Part shown: positions 52,211 through 62,674 of the stretch, one piece after another | Position numbering within the stretch: position 1 is the stretch's first letter | How the letters are laid out: each line of letters starts with the position of its first letter | Assembly (NCBI GenBank): GCA_038245785.1 | Contig: JBBRSB010000002.1 | Span: 32,001-96,000 of the forward strand | From: Gloeobacterales cyanobacterium | GTDB lineage: Bacteria; Cyanobacteriota; Cyanobacteriia; Gloeobacterales; PMM-0068 | Length of the DNA: 64,000 bases | Reading direction: 5' to 3' | Made by a program: the position numbers and the translations under genes | Notes under the pieces: model-generated | Databases searched by the model: none | The model's input: the letters and a program-made list of their open reading frames with translations, nothing else | Told to the model about the DNA's origin: nothing

Positions 52211-53251
52211 ATGTTTGGCCTGATTGGTCATCTTACGAGCCTTGCCCAAGCGCAAAGTGTAGCTAGAAATCTCGGATACGACGAATTTGCCGAGCACGAT
52301 CTTGAGTTCTGGTGTGTGGCTCCACCTCAGATGGTTGATGAAGTCGCCGTTACCAGTACTACCACGGGCGAAAAGGTCTATGGTCAGTACGTTGAATCCT
52401 GTTTCTTGCCCGAGATGTTGGCCCAAAAGCGATTTAAGGCCGCGACCCGCAAGATTATCAATGCGATGGCCTTTGCACAAAAGCGAGGCATCAATATCAC
52501 GGCTTTGGGCGGGTTCTCTTCGATTATTTTTGAAAATTTCAATCTCGACAAAATCAAGCAAATTCGTAATGTCACGCTAGATTTAGAACGTTTTACGACG
52601 GGCAATACCCATACGGCCTATGTCCTGGGTCGCCAAGTGCAGCAAGGAGCCGATCAGTGTGGCATTGACCTCAAACGGGCTACAGTGGCGGTGATTGGGG
52701 CTACGGGAGATATTGGCTCTGGAGTTTGTCGCTGGCTGACAGAGCACACCCCGGTGCAAGAGTTGGTTCTAGTCGCCCGTGACCAAAACCGTCTCCAAAA
52801 TCTACGCAGTGAATTGGGCGGTGGCTTGATTCAGGGTATTCAGCAGGCGCTCCCGATCGCAGACATTGTGGTTTGGGTTGCTAGTATGGGCCAAGGGCTT
52901 GATTTGACCAATGAAAGTGGTCCAGGTCGCGTGCTGCATATCGATGGTGGCTATCCAAAAAATATGGCAAAGGCTCCTCGAAGAGAGGGCATTTATGTTC
53001 TGGATGGTGGCATTGTCGAGCATTCTCTAGATATTGAATGGAAGTTGATGAATATCATCAACCATGTGGCCAATCCTGCCCGTCAGATTTATGCCTGTTT
53101 TGCTGAATCCATCCTGTTGGAATTTGAACAGCTATACACCAATTTTTCCTGGGGCCGGAATCAAATCACGGTTGAAAAAATTGATGAAATTGGCCGTCTG
53201 TCTGTGAAACATGGGTTCAAACCGCTTTTGCTGAAATCGGCTGATTTGTAA
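52211..53251 (+). CDS. aar: Long-chain acyl-ACP reductase
   Basis: [46 protein letters not shown]. Confidence 0.96.
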   Translation: MFGLIGHLTSLAQAQSVARNLGYDEFAEHDLEFWCVAPPQMVDEVAVTSTTTGEKVYGQYVESCFLPEMLAQKRFKAATRKIINAMAFAQKRGINITALGGFSSIIFENFNLDKIKQIRNVTLDLERFTTGNTHTAYVLGRQVQQGADQCGIDLKRATVAVIGATGDIGSGVCRWLTEHTPVQELVLVARDQNRLQNLRSELGGGLIQGIQQALPIADIVVWVASMGQGLDLTNESGPGRVLHIDGGYPKNMAKAPRREGIYVLDGGIVEHSLDIEWKLMNIINHVANPARQIYACFAESILLEFEQLYTNFSWGRNQITVEKIDEIGRLSVKHGFKPLLLKSADL

Positions 53252-53293
53252 AACGTTTGCACGTATGAATTGAATGCATGTATTAACGTGTCA

Positions 53294-53319
53294 AGGGGCG
53301 CGACGCGTCGCGCCCCTAC
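53294..53319. repeat. GTAG-type REP palindrome
   Basis: Perfect 24-bp palindrome aggggcgcgacg|cgtcgcgcccct followed by ac (reads GTAG on the minus strand), between convergent aar and psb28. Confidence 0.75.
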
Positions 53320-53339
53320 GGGAATTTGGGGGACGGAAA

Positions 53340-53690
53340 TTATCGGGATTCAAATTGGAATCCGTGGGCTTCGGCATAACGATGCAAGAATCTCATCACG
53401 CGTTCGTATTCATCTTCGGTGCGTAACTCGATGGAACATTCTACTTTGGCAAGGTCATCGTCGTTTCTGAAAAAGAATTTGATGCCACTGGGAAATACTT
53501 GGATTTTGCCTTCTTCATCTTCTAGCCATAGGCTATCGGTCCCGTTGGTAAAGCTGCGTAGCTTCTCCATCGCCTGACAGCGTTCAAAAAGGAGCATTAC
53601 TATCTTATTCGGAGAATCTTTGCGTTTGCGTAGACTGACCCCCGTTATTTCTTCGTCTAGCCCACGCATAAATTGTACGGATATAGTCAC
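53340..53690 (-). CDS. psb28: Photosystem II assembly factor Psb28 (Psb28-2-like)
   Basis: SVQF..G..E, L.DEEG.I.V, ER.MRF..RYAE.HG. Confidence 0.88.
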   Translation of the reverse strand: MTISVQFMRGLDEEITGVSLRKRKDSPNKIVMLLFERCQAMEKLRSFTNGTDSLWLEDEEGKIQVFPSGIKFFFRNDDDLAKVECSIELRTEDEYERVMRFLHRYAEAHGFQFESR

Positions 53691-53976
53691 AAGCTTTTTG
53701 GTAAGGAGTGGTTACTACTCTACTACAAGGGCAATTCTAGAAATCTTTAACCAAAACCCTCACCTAAAAGGCCGAGGCCAAGACTGAGCAAAAATACTCC
53801 AGCAGAAAGGCTAAAAAGCTTTATCCAGTAAAAATTATCCTGAATTTCCATATCACATACTCACAATGACTATGACTTAATTGTAGATTGGGCTTAGAGA
53901 AAGTCAAGTCATAATGAGTACGCTTTTTGGCATTCATTTGTTAATATAAGGATGTAATGCTGAACCTGGAAGAGCT

Positions 53977-54390
53977 ATGGCCCCTCAACTTAATTCCTAC
54001 GAGGATGCTTTGGGCTACTGCCGTGAGCAAGGAATGCGCCTCAGCAAGCAACGTCAGTCCATTTTGAAGTTGCTATGGGACACGGGTGATCATCTCTCTG
54101 CGAACGGTATCTATGACCGCCTGCGCCAACAGGGTGAAGATATTGGCCACACTTCGGTGTACCAAAATCTAGATGCTCTGGCAAAAGCAGGAATTGTTGA
54201 ACGCGTGGAGAAAGCGGAGGGATGCCTTTATGGTCATCAAACCCTCTCCCATTCTCATGTTCACTGCCTGGATGATGGCAACTTGATTGACGTTGTGGTC
54301 AACCTGCCCCCAGAACTTATAGCTCAAGTAGAAGCGCAAACAGGTCTGAAGGTAAGCGATTATAGAATTGAATTCTTCGCCAGCAAATAG
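53977..54390 (+). CDS. Fur-family regulator (PerR/FurC-like)
   Basis: GMRLS.QR..IL.LLW, HLSA..IYDRL, IGHTSVYQNL, HSH..C. Confidence 0.85.
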   Translation: MAPQLNSYEDALGYCREQGMRLSKQRQSILKLLWDTGDHLSANGIYDRLRQQGEDIGHTSVYQNLDALAKAGIVERVEKAEGCLYGHQTLSHSHVHCLDDGNLIDVVVNLPPELIAQVEAQTGLKVSDYRIEFFASK

Positions 54391-54396
54391 GCCCTG

Positions 54397-54771
54397 TTGA
54401 CCATGTTCACGCTACGCAAATCTTTCTCCTTTGAGGCGGCTCATCGCTTGCCCCATGTGCCTGAGTTGCATAAATGTGCCCGTCTGCACGGACATAGTTT
54501 CAACGTAGAAGTTTTCGTGCGGGGTGAAATAGAGCCTGAAATCGGCTGGGTGATTGACTATGGGGACATCACCGCCAAGGTAAACCCCTGGATTGAAAAA
54601 TTAGACCATTACTATCTCAACGAAATTCCTGGCTTGGAAAATCCAACCAGTGAAATCCTCTGCGCTTGGCTGTGGGAGCGGATTGCTCCTCAGTTGCCAG
54701 AGCTTTACTGTATTTCTATTGCTGAAACGTGTACCGTCCGTTGCGATTATTATGGACGTACAACGGCATAG
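54397..54771 (+). CDS. queD: 6-carboxytetrahydropterin synthase
   Basis: FEAAHRLP, KCARLHGHS, LDH.YLN.I.GLENPTSE, ET. Confidence 0.93.
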   Translation: MTMFTLRKSFSFEAAHRLPHVPELHKCARLHGHSFNVEVFVRGEIEPEIGWVIDYGDITAKVNPWIEKLDHYYLNEIPGLENPTSEILCAWLWERIAPQLPELYCISIAETCTVRCDYYGRTTA

Positions 54772-54782
54772 GCATGAACTGA

Positions 54783-54935
54783 ATGGAAGATGAATTTTTG
54801 CTCATGGAATTGGACCTGGACGATTTTGATGGATCGTTCACAGGCGCAGACCTCTCAGTGGCACCTCCTGAAATTGATGATGCCGATATTTACTACAGTG
54901 CTCAAGTAGAAGCGAGTACGATTTCTTACGATTAA
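54783..54935 (+). CDS. Small highly acidic protein (50 aa), below the ORF-track cutoff
   Basis: MEDEFLLMELDLDDFDGSFTGADLSVAPPEIDDADIYYSAQVEASTISYD*; starts 11 nt after the queD stop. Confidence 0.55.
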   Translation: MEDEFLLMELDLDDFDGSFTGADLSVAPPEIDDADIYYSAQVEASTISYD

Positions 54936-55101
54936 TAGTTTGGTGATGCCTTGGGGACCGAATTTGGGTAATCTGGAGACTGTGTTTTGCGCTTGCACTT
55001 GTGCTTTTCTGGGGTTATCACACTAGCCCTAGCGTAGACAAAAGGCAGGGGCAATGCTTATATAGTGACAACTCCTCCCGCTCTGATAACGGCGCTTCCC
55101 C

Positions 55102-55842
55102 TTGACTACTGCGCTCCCTACTTCTTCTGTACTTGGTATGCCCGTGCATCTTGCCGGGGATTACCTAAATTGGTTACTCGCCCGAGGAGAACAAGGGCGG
55201 GGGGTCCATGTGGTGACCTTAAACGCTGAAATGACGATGCTGGCTAAAGAAGAGCCGCGCTTGGCAGAACTTATTCGCCGGGCTGAATTGGTCGTTCCCG
55301 ATGGTTCGGGCGTGGTTTGGGCCTTAAACAAATCTAAGCGTAACGAGATCCAAGTTTCCCGCTGTCCAGGGATTGAGCTGGTGACTAATCTGCTGCCGGA
55401 GGCTGGAAAACGGAACTGGCGCGTCTATCTGATTGGAGCCGCTCCAGGGCTAGTGCAAGCCTTGGCTCCTGAGTGGGAAAAGAAATATCCAGGACTTCAA
55501 ATCGTTGGTACGCAGGATGGCTATTTTAAAGACGAACAAGAGGCTGAGATTCAAGCCAATATTGCCCGGACAAACCCTCATCTAATTTTGCTTGGTTTGG
55601 GCGTTCCCAAACAAGAGTTCACGATTCAACGCTGGCGTGACGCAGCTCCACAGGCTCTATGGGTCGGTGTCGGTGGCAGCTTTGATGTGTGGACGGGGAC
55701 CAAGGAACGCGCCCCCCAATGGTTCTGCGACAACAATTTGGAATGGGCCTATCGCCTGTACAAGGAGCCCTGGCGCTGGCGTAGAATGTTGGCGCTCCCA
55801 AGATTTGCCTGGCATGTTCTTCGTTCTGGAGTTTCTTCCTGA
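55102..55842 (+). CDS. WecB/TagA/CpsF family glycosyltransferase
   Basis: VVTLNAE, PDG.GV, R.PG.EL, GLGVPKQE, GVGGSFD, RAP......LEW.YRL..EP.R. Confidence 0.92.
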   Translation: MTTALPTSSVLGMPVHLAGDYLNWLLARGEQGRGVHVVTLNAEMTMLAKEEPRLAELIRRAELVVPDGSGVVWALNKSKRNEIQVSRCPGIELVTNLLPEAGKRNWRVYLIGAAPGLVQALAPEWEKKYPGLQIVGTQDGYFKDEQEAEIQANIARTNPHLILLGLGVPKQEFTIQRWRDAAPQALWVGVGGSFDVWTGTKERAPQWFCDNNLEWAYRLYKEPWRWRRMLALPRFAWHVLRSGVSS

Positions 55843-56657
55843 TGGATGTCCCTTCCTCTCCCCGTAACCTACGCTCCATTCTGTCCTCCTTGACGGAAGC
55901 TCGGCCAGGTGAACGGGCGTTCGCGACTCAAGAGGTCTCTTCCGTGCTTATGCCCAATGGTCAGGCCCTAGCGATATCAGAAGCGGAGAAAGTTATTGCC
56001 CATCTGCGCAAGGTGACCAAGACCTATGACAAACAGGGCCGCAGCCTGTCCATAGACTTAGATATCCGCCAAGGTGACTTTCTATTCATCACAGGAATTT
56101 CAGGGGCAGGAAAATCAACCCTGCTGAAGATGCTCTACGGCGAAGAGAAGCCTACCAGTGGTGAGGTAGTCGTAGATGGAACCCGCGTGAACAAACTGCG
56201 TGGCCATGGCTTGTCTCACTTGCGTCGTCGCATCGGCGTCGTATTTCAGGACTACAAGCTATTGCCCCGGCGCACCGTAGCAGAGAATGTTGCCTTTGCC
56301 CTCCAGGCTCAAAATTTTCATAAAGCTGAAATCCGCCGTCGCCTTTTACCTACGCTCAAAATCGTAGGTTTGGAGGAGAAGGCAGAGCACTTCCCTGAAC
56401 AGCTCTCTGGGGGTGAACAGCAGCGGGTAGCGATTGCCCGAGCGATTGTGCATACGCCTGTTTTGCTTCTGGCCGATGAACCTACGGGAAACCTGGATGC
56501 TGGGAATACCTGGAGTGTTCTGGAAATTCTTCAGCAGCTCAATGAGATGGGAGTGACGATTGTGGTGACAACCCACGACGACACCATCGTTCAGGCTTTT
56601 GCAAAACGAGTGGTCACTTTTAACGAAAATCAACTTGTTGAATTGGATGTTCGCTGA
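55842..56657 (+). CDS. ftsE: Cell division ATP-binding protein FtsE
   Basis: [36 protein letters not shown]; coupled to ftsX. Confidence 0.92.
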   Translation: MDVPSSPRNLRSILSSLTEARPGERAFATQEVSSVLMPNGQALAISEAEKVIAHLRKVTKTYDKQGRSLSIDLDIRQGDFLFITGISGAGKSTLLKMLYGEEKPTSGEVVVDGTRVNKLRGHGLSHLRRRIGVVFQDYKLLPRRTVAENVAFALQAQNFHKAEIRRRLLPTLKIVGLEEKAEHFPEQLSGGEQQRVAIARAIVHTPVLLLADEPTGNLDAGNTWSVLEILQQLNEMGVTIVVTTHDDTIVQAFAKRVVTFNENQLVELDVR

Positions 56658-57544
56658 TGGTGTTTGTACAACAGGTCGTTACCCGCGCTGATTTTATCCT
56701 CAAAGAAACCCTAACCGGATTGCGCCGGGGTGGCTGGATGAATTGGGCCGCCGTCAGTACGCTGGTCATTCTGTTGTTTCTCTTTGGATTTGGAACTCGG
56801 CTATCCTGGCAGTTGCAAAATGCGGTAGCAGCACTGGGAAGTCAGCTAGAGGTATCGGTGTACCTGACCCCAGAGGCTTCTGGCAAAAAGCTGCTCCAGA
56901 CAGCAGAGAAAGTGGAGGGGGTTCAAAGCGTTACCCTGCAAACGAAGAAGGATGCTCTTAGTCAGCTACAAAAAGAGATGGGTGTGAAGCAGGACCTGAC
57001 CAAAGCCCTCGAAGGTAATCCTCTTGTTGATAGCCTCCGGGTCAAGGTAAGCACGCCAGAGCAAGTGAATACGGTTGCCGAACAACTCAAAGCAATTCCC
57101 GGTGTGGCCCAAACCCGCTATGGCGGAGAGGCCGCTAACCGTTTGACCCAGATCGATAAGACCGTCCGCTGGATTGGTTTGGGAGTTACAGGCTTACTCG
57201 GATTTACAGCTGTAGCGGTGATTACGACCACGATTCGGTTGGTCGTTCTATCTCGGCGCAAGGAAATTGAAGTGATGCAGCTCGTTGGTGCTGCTCCAAT
57301 CTGGATTTACATGCCTTTTCTCTTGGAAGGCTTAACCCTCGGTTTAGTGGCCGCCATGATTGCCTGGGGTGGACTTCACTACACAGACCAATTCCTGGCT
57401 CAACAGATCCAAGTGAATGTGCCTTTTGTTGTTTTAGAAGTCACGGAAGAACAGGCTAACCTTTTGCCCTGGATCTTGGTGGGCTCTGGCGTCGGTTTAG
57501 GATCTTTAGGTAGTTTGCTGGCTGTCAGTAAATATTTGCGCTAG
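56657..57544 (+). CDS. ftsX: Cell division permease FtsX
   Basis: L.RGGWMNWAA, NPL, TIRL...SRR.EIEVMQLVGA...I..PF..EG. Confidence 0.92.
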   Translation: MVFVQQVVTRADFILKETLTGLRRGGWMNWAAVSTLVILLFLFGFGTRLSWQLQNAVAALGSQLEVSVYLTPEASGKKLLQTAEKVEGVQSVTLQTKKDALSQLQKEMGVKQDLTKALEGNPLVDSLRVKVSTPEQVNTVAEQLKAIPGVAQTRYGGEAANRLTQIDKTVRWIGLGVTGLLGFTAVAVITTTIRLVVLSRRKEIEVMQLVGAAPIWIYMPFLLEGLTLGLVAAMIAWGGLHYTDQFLAQQIQVNVPFVVLEVTEEQANLLPWILVGSGVGLGSLGSLLAVSKYLR

Positions 57545-57689
57545 GGCTTTTGAAAATATATATTAAATCAGCATGAGCCAAGCTCCATGGCTGCCCATGG
57601 GAATTCGTTATCTAACGGTTTTCTAAAGGAGCGCAAAGTTTAGTTACAATAAGGGTAAGAAAATAAACCAACTCTGGAAAGCCGCACAC

Positions 57690-58316
57690 ATGGTGAAGTT
57701 TCTAGAAAAAATGGGCGGGTACGCAAAAGAAGTCTTTGATAATACGCGATACATCGGTCAGGGCTTGGGTGTAGTATTTGACCATATTCGTCGCAAGCCT
57801 GTCACTGTAGACTACCCCTACGAAAAATTGATTCCCTCAGAGCGCTTTCGAGGAAGAATTCACTTTGAGCGGCCCAAGTGCATCTCCTGTGAAGTTTGTG
57901 TCCGGGTATGCCCAATCAATCTACCTGTAGTCGATTGGGTGATGAACAAAGAGACCAAGAAGAAAGAACTCAATTCCTACTCCATTGATTTTGGAGTCTG
58001 TATTTTCTGTGGTAACTGCGTCGAATACTGCCCTACGAATGCTCTTTCGATGACAGAAGAGTACGAAATGTCTACTTACGACCGTCATGAACTGAATTTT
58101 GACGATGTGGCTCTTGGTCGCTTGCCAATCAACGTTACCCAGGTAGCGGAAGTGAAGCCGATGCGAGAGTTTGGCTACCTACCAGACGGATCAATAGAGC
58201 GGACGCATGAGCAGAGCCCTGGAGGCCGTCGCGCAGGAGAATTACCTGCTACTATCCTTGAAGAAATACAGAAAGAGCAGAGCCAAAAGGAACCAGGAGA
58301 TAAAGGGGATGCCTAG
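57690..58316 (+). CDS. ndhI: NDH-1 subunit I
   Basis: [17 protein letters not shown], two 4Fe-4S motifs [10 protein letters not shown] and [12 protein letters not shown]. Confidence 0.97.
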   Translation: MVKFLEKMGGYAKEVFDNTRYIGQGLGVVFDHIRRKPVTVDYPYEKLIPSERFRGRIHFERPKCISCEVCVRVCPINLPVVDWVMNKETKKKELNSYSIDFGVCIFCGNCVEYCPTNALSMTEEYEMSTYDRHELNFDDVALGRLPINVTQVAEVKPMREFGYLPDGSIERTHEQSPGGRRAGELPATILEEIQKEQSQKEPGDKGDA

Positions 58317-58932
58317 TTTAGGAACCGGGGTTCAATTCGTAAGTTTTTTCATCTTGAGTGCCCTAATCATTGGAGCTGCTTTGGGTGTAGTCCTCGCCCC
58401 AAACATGCTCTATGCCGCATTCCTCTTAGGCTTTACCTTTATTTGTCTTTCTGGTATTTATCTGCTGCTGAATGCTGACTTTGTAGCAGCCGCTCAAATT
58501 TTGATTTATGTCGGGGCTGTAAACGTCCTGATTCTGTTTGCAATCATGCTGGTCAATCGCCAAGCACCCGAAACGCCTGTACCACTCAAAAAAGTCCGGG
58601 ATGGCGTTGGTGGTCTCGTTTGTTTTGGCCTGTTTAGCCTGATTGCTACCACTGTAGTCAGAACTCCTTGGCCTTTATCTAATGAAGCGCCAGTTGTAAA
58701 TACGACCCTCAAGATTGGTGAACAATTTTTCACAAACTATCTGTTGCCCTTTGAAGTAGCTTCTGTCCTGCTTCTCATGGCTTTAATCGGTGCTATCATC
58801 CTGGCTCGCCGTGAATATGTGCCGGATCAGACAGTGACTGGAGACGAGCCGCTCGTCTTGCCAGAGCGTTCTAGAGAAGACCTGGAACCAGAACTTAAAA
58901 AGCTCCCCGTGAGCACTGCTTCGGAGGAGTAG
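58309..58932 (+). CDS. ndhG: NDH-1 subunit G (NuoJ)
   Basis: [39 protein letters not shown]; start at MPSLG. Confidence 0.95.
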   Translation: MPSLGTGVQFVSFFILSALIIGAALGVVLAPNMLYAAFLLGFTFICLSGIYLLLNADFVAAAQILIYVGAVNVLILFAIMLVNRQAPETPVPLKKVRDGVGGLVCFGLFSLIATTVVRTPWPLSNEAPVVNTTLKIGEQFFTNYLLPFEVASVLLLMALIGAIILARREYVPDQTVTGDEPLVLPERSREDLEPELKKLPVSTASEE

Positions 58933-58936
58933 GAAG

Positions 58937-59254
58937 ATGAATTTTGCACTCAATCTCAACTATTTTTTGGTTCTGGCTGCTGCCCTGTTCTGTGTGGGCC
59001 TCTATGGCTTGATTTGCTCTCGGAACGTGGTGCGGGTTCTGATGTCTATCGAACTGATGCTCAATGCAGTCAACATCAATCTATTAGGTTTTTCTAACTA
59101 TATAGATCCCCAAAACATCCGGGGCCAGATGTTCGCTGTCTTTGTAATCACGGTCGCGGCTGCAGAAGCGGCGGTTGGTCTGGCTATTGTTCTAGCCATC
59201 TATCGCAATCGGCAAACAATCGATATGGAAAGCTTCAACCTTTTGAAGTGGTAG
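58937..59254 (+). CDS. ndhE: NDH-1 subunit E (NuoK)
   Basis: [34 protein letters not shown]. Confidence 0.97.
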   Translation: MNFALNLNYFLVLAAALFCVGLYGLICSRNVVRVLMSIELMLNAVNINLLGFSNYIDPQNIRGQMFAVFVITVAAAEAAVGLAIVLAIYRNRQTIDMESFNLLKW

Positions 59255-59276
59255 TGACTAGCTGTCCGTTTCCCTC

Positions 59277-60113
59277 TTACTTAACTAGCTCATCGACAGG
59301 ACGTAGTTCTAGACGCACTTGCGTCCCTGGAATAAAAGAGGAGGAGTACCAATAGAAAGGTTCTCCTGCCTTAATATAGACCTGGGATGACCCGGAATGC
59401 AAAATAAATCGGCCGCCATAGCGCTTACAAATATCTTGAAGACGCCATAGGCCTTGACCCCTGGTGTGGTCGGTAAAAACTCCAGAAACTCCCTTTTGCA
59501 GCGCCAACTCCACGGCCTGTCGGTCTTCTGTAAGATGGCTATATTTAGGGTTCTTCTTCAAGCTCGAAAGAATGCCCTGGCCCCGGTCTAAAACGCAGAT
59601 CACTAAGCGCTGTTGGCTTGGGTCTTGGCGTTTGAAGATTTGCATAATCACAAAGGGAGCGCTATGAGCATGTTCTAACGAATTTTGAAAGGCTTCACTC
59701 AGGGCATTAAAAACGTTGTGCGCCAGGACCCGTGGATAGCCTAAACGGTCTTGCAGACAGTGCAGCACATGACGGGCGACCGTGTCGCCATCCTTCTTAT
59801 CACGGATACGGAATAGCTCCAGCAGGACAGGGCTTTCCTCATGAGACTCCGGAGGTAATAGTTCCCGGTTGTTGCGATAGGGAAAATTCATCCGGCGCAG
59901 ATAGGAAGCTACCGTTGGTTCGCAGTCCTGAAGAATGAGAGAACGTCCCTCTTCCGCCAGTGCATCTTGGAGGAGAGCCATCCCCGCAATGATGTAGGGG
60001 TCGATGAAGGTAATTCCAGCCCCAGCCAAAGCAACTTCTTGCTGGGTACTCATATAGGCTGTACCCAGCAAGTCATTAAACTTAGGAAAACCCCACGCTT
60101 TACTGTCTATCAC
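59277..60113 (-). CDS. STAS-like + HATPase (anti-sigma/kinase-like) ATP-binding protein
   Basis: FIDP, YLRRMNF, SE..QN..EH (N box), D.G.GI (G1), RGQGL (G2), GT.V. Confidence 0.7.
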   Translation of the reverse strand: MIDSKAWGFPKFNDLLGTAYMSTQQEVALAGAGITFIDPYIIAGMALLQDALAEEGRSLILQDCEPTVASYLRRMNFPYRNNRELLPPESHEESPVLLELFRIRDKKDGDTVARHVLHCLQDRLGYPRVLAHNVFNALSEAFQNSLEHAHSAPFVIMQIFKRQDPSQQRLVICVLDRGQGILSSLKKNPKYSHLTEDRQAVELALQKGVSGVFTDHTRGQGLWRLQDICKRYGGRFILHSGSSQVYIKAGEPFYWYSSSFIPGTQVRLELRPVDELVK

Positions 60114-60118
60114 GTTCT

Positions 60119-61249
60119 CTATGAGCCAAAACCACGGGGTTTCACCTTAGCCTTAGAAATGCACTGGAGCAACCCGGCTTTAATCGTTTCCTTGTCAAAG
60201 TCCTTACCAATGAAGACTACTTGACTGATCGGTTTCTCTTTGCCCCATGGTTCAGGGTCCAAGCGAATCCGAGCGCCAACTAAGTGAAAAATCACTTTCT
60301 CTGGGCTTTCCTTGAGCCAGAGGATACCCTTACCCCGAAAGACTCCCTCCGGCAGATCCTTCAGGAAGTCCTCCAAAGCGGTGGCCGAGAGCGGAGCATC
60401 GGCAATCGTCATAGAGACGGAAGTAAATCCTTCGTTCTCAATGTGGTTGTGAGCATGGTCATGGGTACTGTGGTCTACTGCTTCGTAATGCTCGTGAACT
60501 TCGTGGTTGTGATGGTCCTGAATACAATTGCCCTGTTCATCGTGGTCATGAGCGCTATGGTCTACAACCTCGTGATGGTCGTGCGCACCATGCTCCTCTA
60601 CCGCATCTTCTTCTTCATATTTTTCCGGTTTAAAGGCACCCACATCCAGAATCAAGCGCAGGTCGACCTGCGCATTCTGAGTATGCAAGATCGGGGCGTC
60701 TGCTTTCAGCTCTCGGATTTGGCGCTCTATTTGCTGGAGCTTTTCTGGACTGACGCAATCGGTCTTGTTCAACAAGATGATGTCGGAATAGCTGATCTGA
60801 TTGGTAGCGGTATCAGAATTGAAGAGGTCCAAGACAAAATTTTCCGCGTCCACCATGCCCACGATCGCATCTAGACGAGTCAAAGGCCGCAGTTCAGGGC
60901 TCATAAATGTCATCGCCACAGGCAAGGGGTCCGCCAGCCCAGTAGTTTCAACGATTAAGTGCTCGATCTTATCGGACCGTTCCATAATCTGTAGCGCGGC
61001 TTGGACCAAATCTTCCCGAACGGTGCAACACAGGCAGCCATTATCCAGCTCGATCATGTTCTCTTCTGTAGAAACGATCAGCGAAGAATCAATGCCAATA
61101 TCGCCGAATTCATTGACGATAACAGCCGTCTTAACGCCCTGATTGTTGGTGAGGATATGGTTGACTAAGGTGGTTTTCCCACTGCCCAAAAAGCCTGTAA
61201 TTATGGTGACAGGAAGGCCCCGGTCAATATTGTCTAGGGTAGTAGCCAT
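60119..61249 (-). CDS. CobW/COG0523 metal-chaperone GTPase with His-rich insert
   Basis: TGFLGSGKTT, NEFG, GCLCC, ETTGLADP, NKTD, His-rich tract. Confidence 0.92.
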   Translation of the reverse strand: MATTLDNIDRGLPVTIITGFLGSGKTTLVNHILTNNQGVKTAVIVNEFGDIGIDSSLIVSTEENMIELDNGCLCCTVREDLVQAALQIMERSDKIEHLIVETTGLADPLPVAMTFMSPELRPLTRLDAIVGMVDAENFVLDLFNSDTATNQISYSDIILLNKTDCVSPEKLQQIERQIRELKADAPILHTQNAQVDLRLILDVGAFKPEKYEEEDAVEEHGAHDHHEVVDHSAHDHDEQGNCIQDHHNHEVHEHYEAVDHSTHDHAHNHIENEGFTSVSMTIADAPLSATALEDFLKDLPEGVFRGKGILWLKESPEKVIFHLVGARIRLDPEPWGKEKPISQVVFIGKDFDKETIKAGLLQCISKAKVKPRGFGS

Positions 61250-61362
61250 AGAAGTTGATCTTGTTCCTGCGATGCATTTCATCTTCCACTGTACAACCCA
61301 GGACTGGGTGAATGGGAAGCTTAAAGCTATTCTGAAGAAGTGTCCTTTTGCAAAATAATCCC

Positions 61363-61542
61363 ATGCCAGAAAATATCCCTGCTCCTGATACGGTTACGGC
61401 TCCTCCCGAAGAAAAACCAAGCTATACCAAGCTCGCCATGCGAAACATGGTCAAGAAGAAGAATCTTTCGCTTTTTCATTTTTTCCTGACCTTTGCAGGT
61501 TTTATGGGCTTGATGGTTGGTCTTAGTTATCTCACGCGCTGA
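61363..61542 (+). CDS. DUF3285 small membrane protein
   Basis: PSY.KLAMRNMV.K...SL.HF.LT. Confidence 0.85.
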   Translation: MPENIPAPDTVTAPPEEKPSYTKLAMRNMVKKKNLSLFHFFLTFAGFMGLMVGLSYLTR

Positions 61543-61547
61543 TTGCT

Positions 61548-61877
61548 ATGCCTAAAGACCGTGTGGTATGGAGAGAATTTGGAGGTTCAGAGGACCCTGA
61601 TCGACTGACCGCTAAAGCTGTCAACCTGCCGCCACAGCAACAGACCGCCTGTGTCAGCCAAGACCGCAAGGGCCGGGGTGGAAAAACGGTTACCCTGATC
61701 AGGGGTCTAGTGCTTACGGACGAGGCGTTAAAGGCATTAACCAAAGACCTCAAAGCACACTGTGGCAGTGGTGGCACCTGTAAGGATGGGGTGATCGAGA
61801 TTCAAGGGGAACACCGCGATAAGGTCATGGATTTTCTGAAAGTAAAAGGCTATAGGGTCAAAAGAGTAGGGGGCTAA
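61548..61877 (+). CDS. yciH: SUI1/YciH translation initiation factor
   Basis: RKGRGGKTVT.I.G, LK..CGSGGT.KDG.IEIQG.HR. Confidence 0.92.
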   Translation: MPKDRVVWREFGGSEDPDRLTAKAVNLPPQQQTACVSQDRKGRGGKTVTLIRGLVLTDEALKALTKDLKAHCGSGGTCKDGVIEIQGEHRDKVMDFLKVKGYRVKRVGG

Positions 61878-61979
61878 TGCTCAAATCAGATAGGAATCCA
61901 GCAAATTAGTTATTAATATCGACCTTGAAATCAGCGTAACGAGTTGTATTGAGTATTCAACAAGCTAGCCTTCAAAATC

Positions 61980-62025
61980 TGTGGATAACTCACCAAACCT
62001 GTGTATAACTACAACTTTATCCACA
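61980..62025. promoter_or_regulatory. Cluster of three consensus DnaA boxes
   Basis: TGTGGATAA (61980-88), TGTGTATAA (62000-08) and TTATCCACA (62017-25) all match TTATNCACA. Confidence 0.8.
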
Positions 62026-62120
62026 GATAAAGATAAAAATGTTAGGGTGGATGAACGTTTCATCTTTTTTTTGCTAGACCACTTGCCAAGCGTGAAGAAT
62101 TACGTCAATATACGTCTACT

Positions 62121-62612
62121 ATGATTTGTCCTTTCTGCCAGCACAGTAGTAGTCGCGTTTTAGAATCCCGCTCTGCCGAGGAGTCCGCGTCTATACGTCG
62201 TCGTCGAGAGTGCCTCAAATGTGCCCGACGCTTTACCACCTATGAACGGATTGAATTTGTTCCGCTCACAGTAATCAAGCGCAGTGGCCGCCGAGATGCC
62301 TTTGACCGCTCTAAAATTCTTCGAGGAGTCACGATCGCTGTCGAAAAAACTGTTGTTACTTCCAATCAGGTGGAACTTTTGGTCGATGATGTGGAAACGG
62401 AACTGCAGCAAAAGGCGGGTCGTGAAGTGACCAGCACCGAAATCGGAGAAATGGTCTTAAAACGTCTGAAGGTTCTACATGAGGTGGCCTATGTGCGTTT
62501 TGCCTCGGTCTATCGCAAGTTCACAGGGATTGCTGATTTTGTAGAAGAACTCCAGCAGTTTAATCCCACTGAACTAGACCGCCGAAAACTCGAAGAGCTG
62601 CTCAGGTCCTAA
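62121..62612 (+). CDS. nrdR: Transcriptional repressor NrdR
   Basis: M.CPFC, SRVLESR, IRRRREC..C..RFTTYE, ATP cone, [11 protein letters not shown]. Confidence 0.97.
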   Translation: MICPFCQHSSSRVLESRSAEESASIRRRRECLKCARRFTTYERIEFVPLTVIKRSGRRDAFDRSKILRGVTIAVEKTVVTSNQVELLVDDVETELQQKAGREVTSTEIGEMVLKRLKVLHEVAYVRFASVYRKFTGIADFVEELQQFNPTELDRRKLEELLRS

Positions 62613-62674
62613 AAACTTAATAATTCATAAACCCCTCTAGTCAAGGATTAGAGGAGTTTGTTTTGATAAATTCT

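Noticed and set aside
60284..60874. 196-aa plus-strand ORF, and similar antisense ORFs over psaAB, pnp, ffh and chlD
   Set aside because: These are shadow frames of well-supported genes on the opposite strand with no recognisable motifs.
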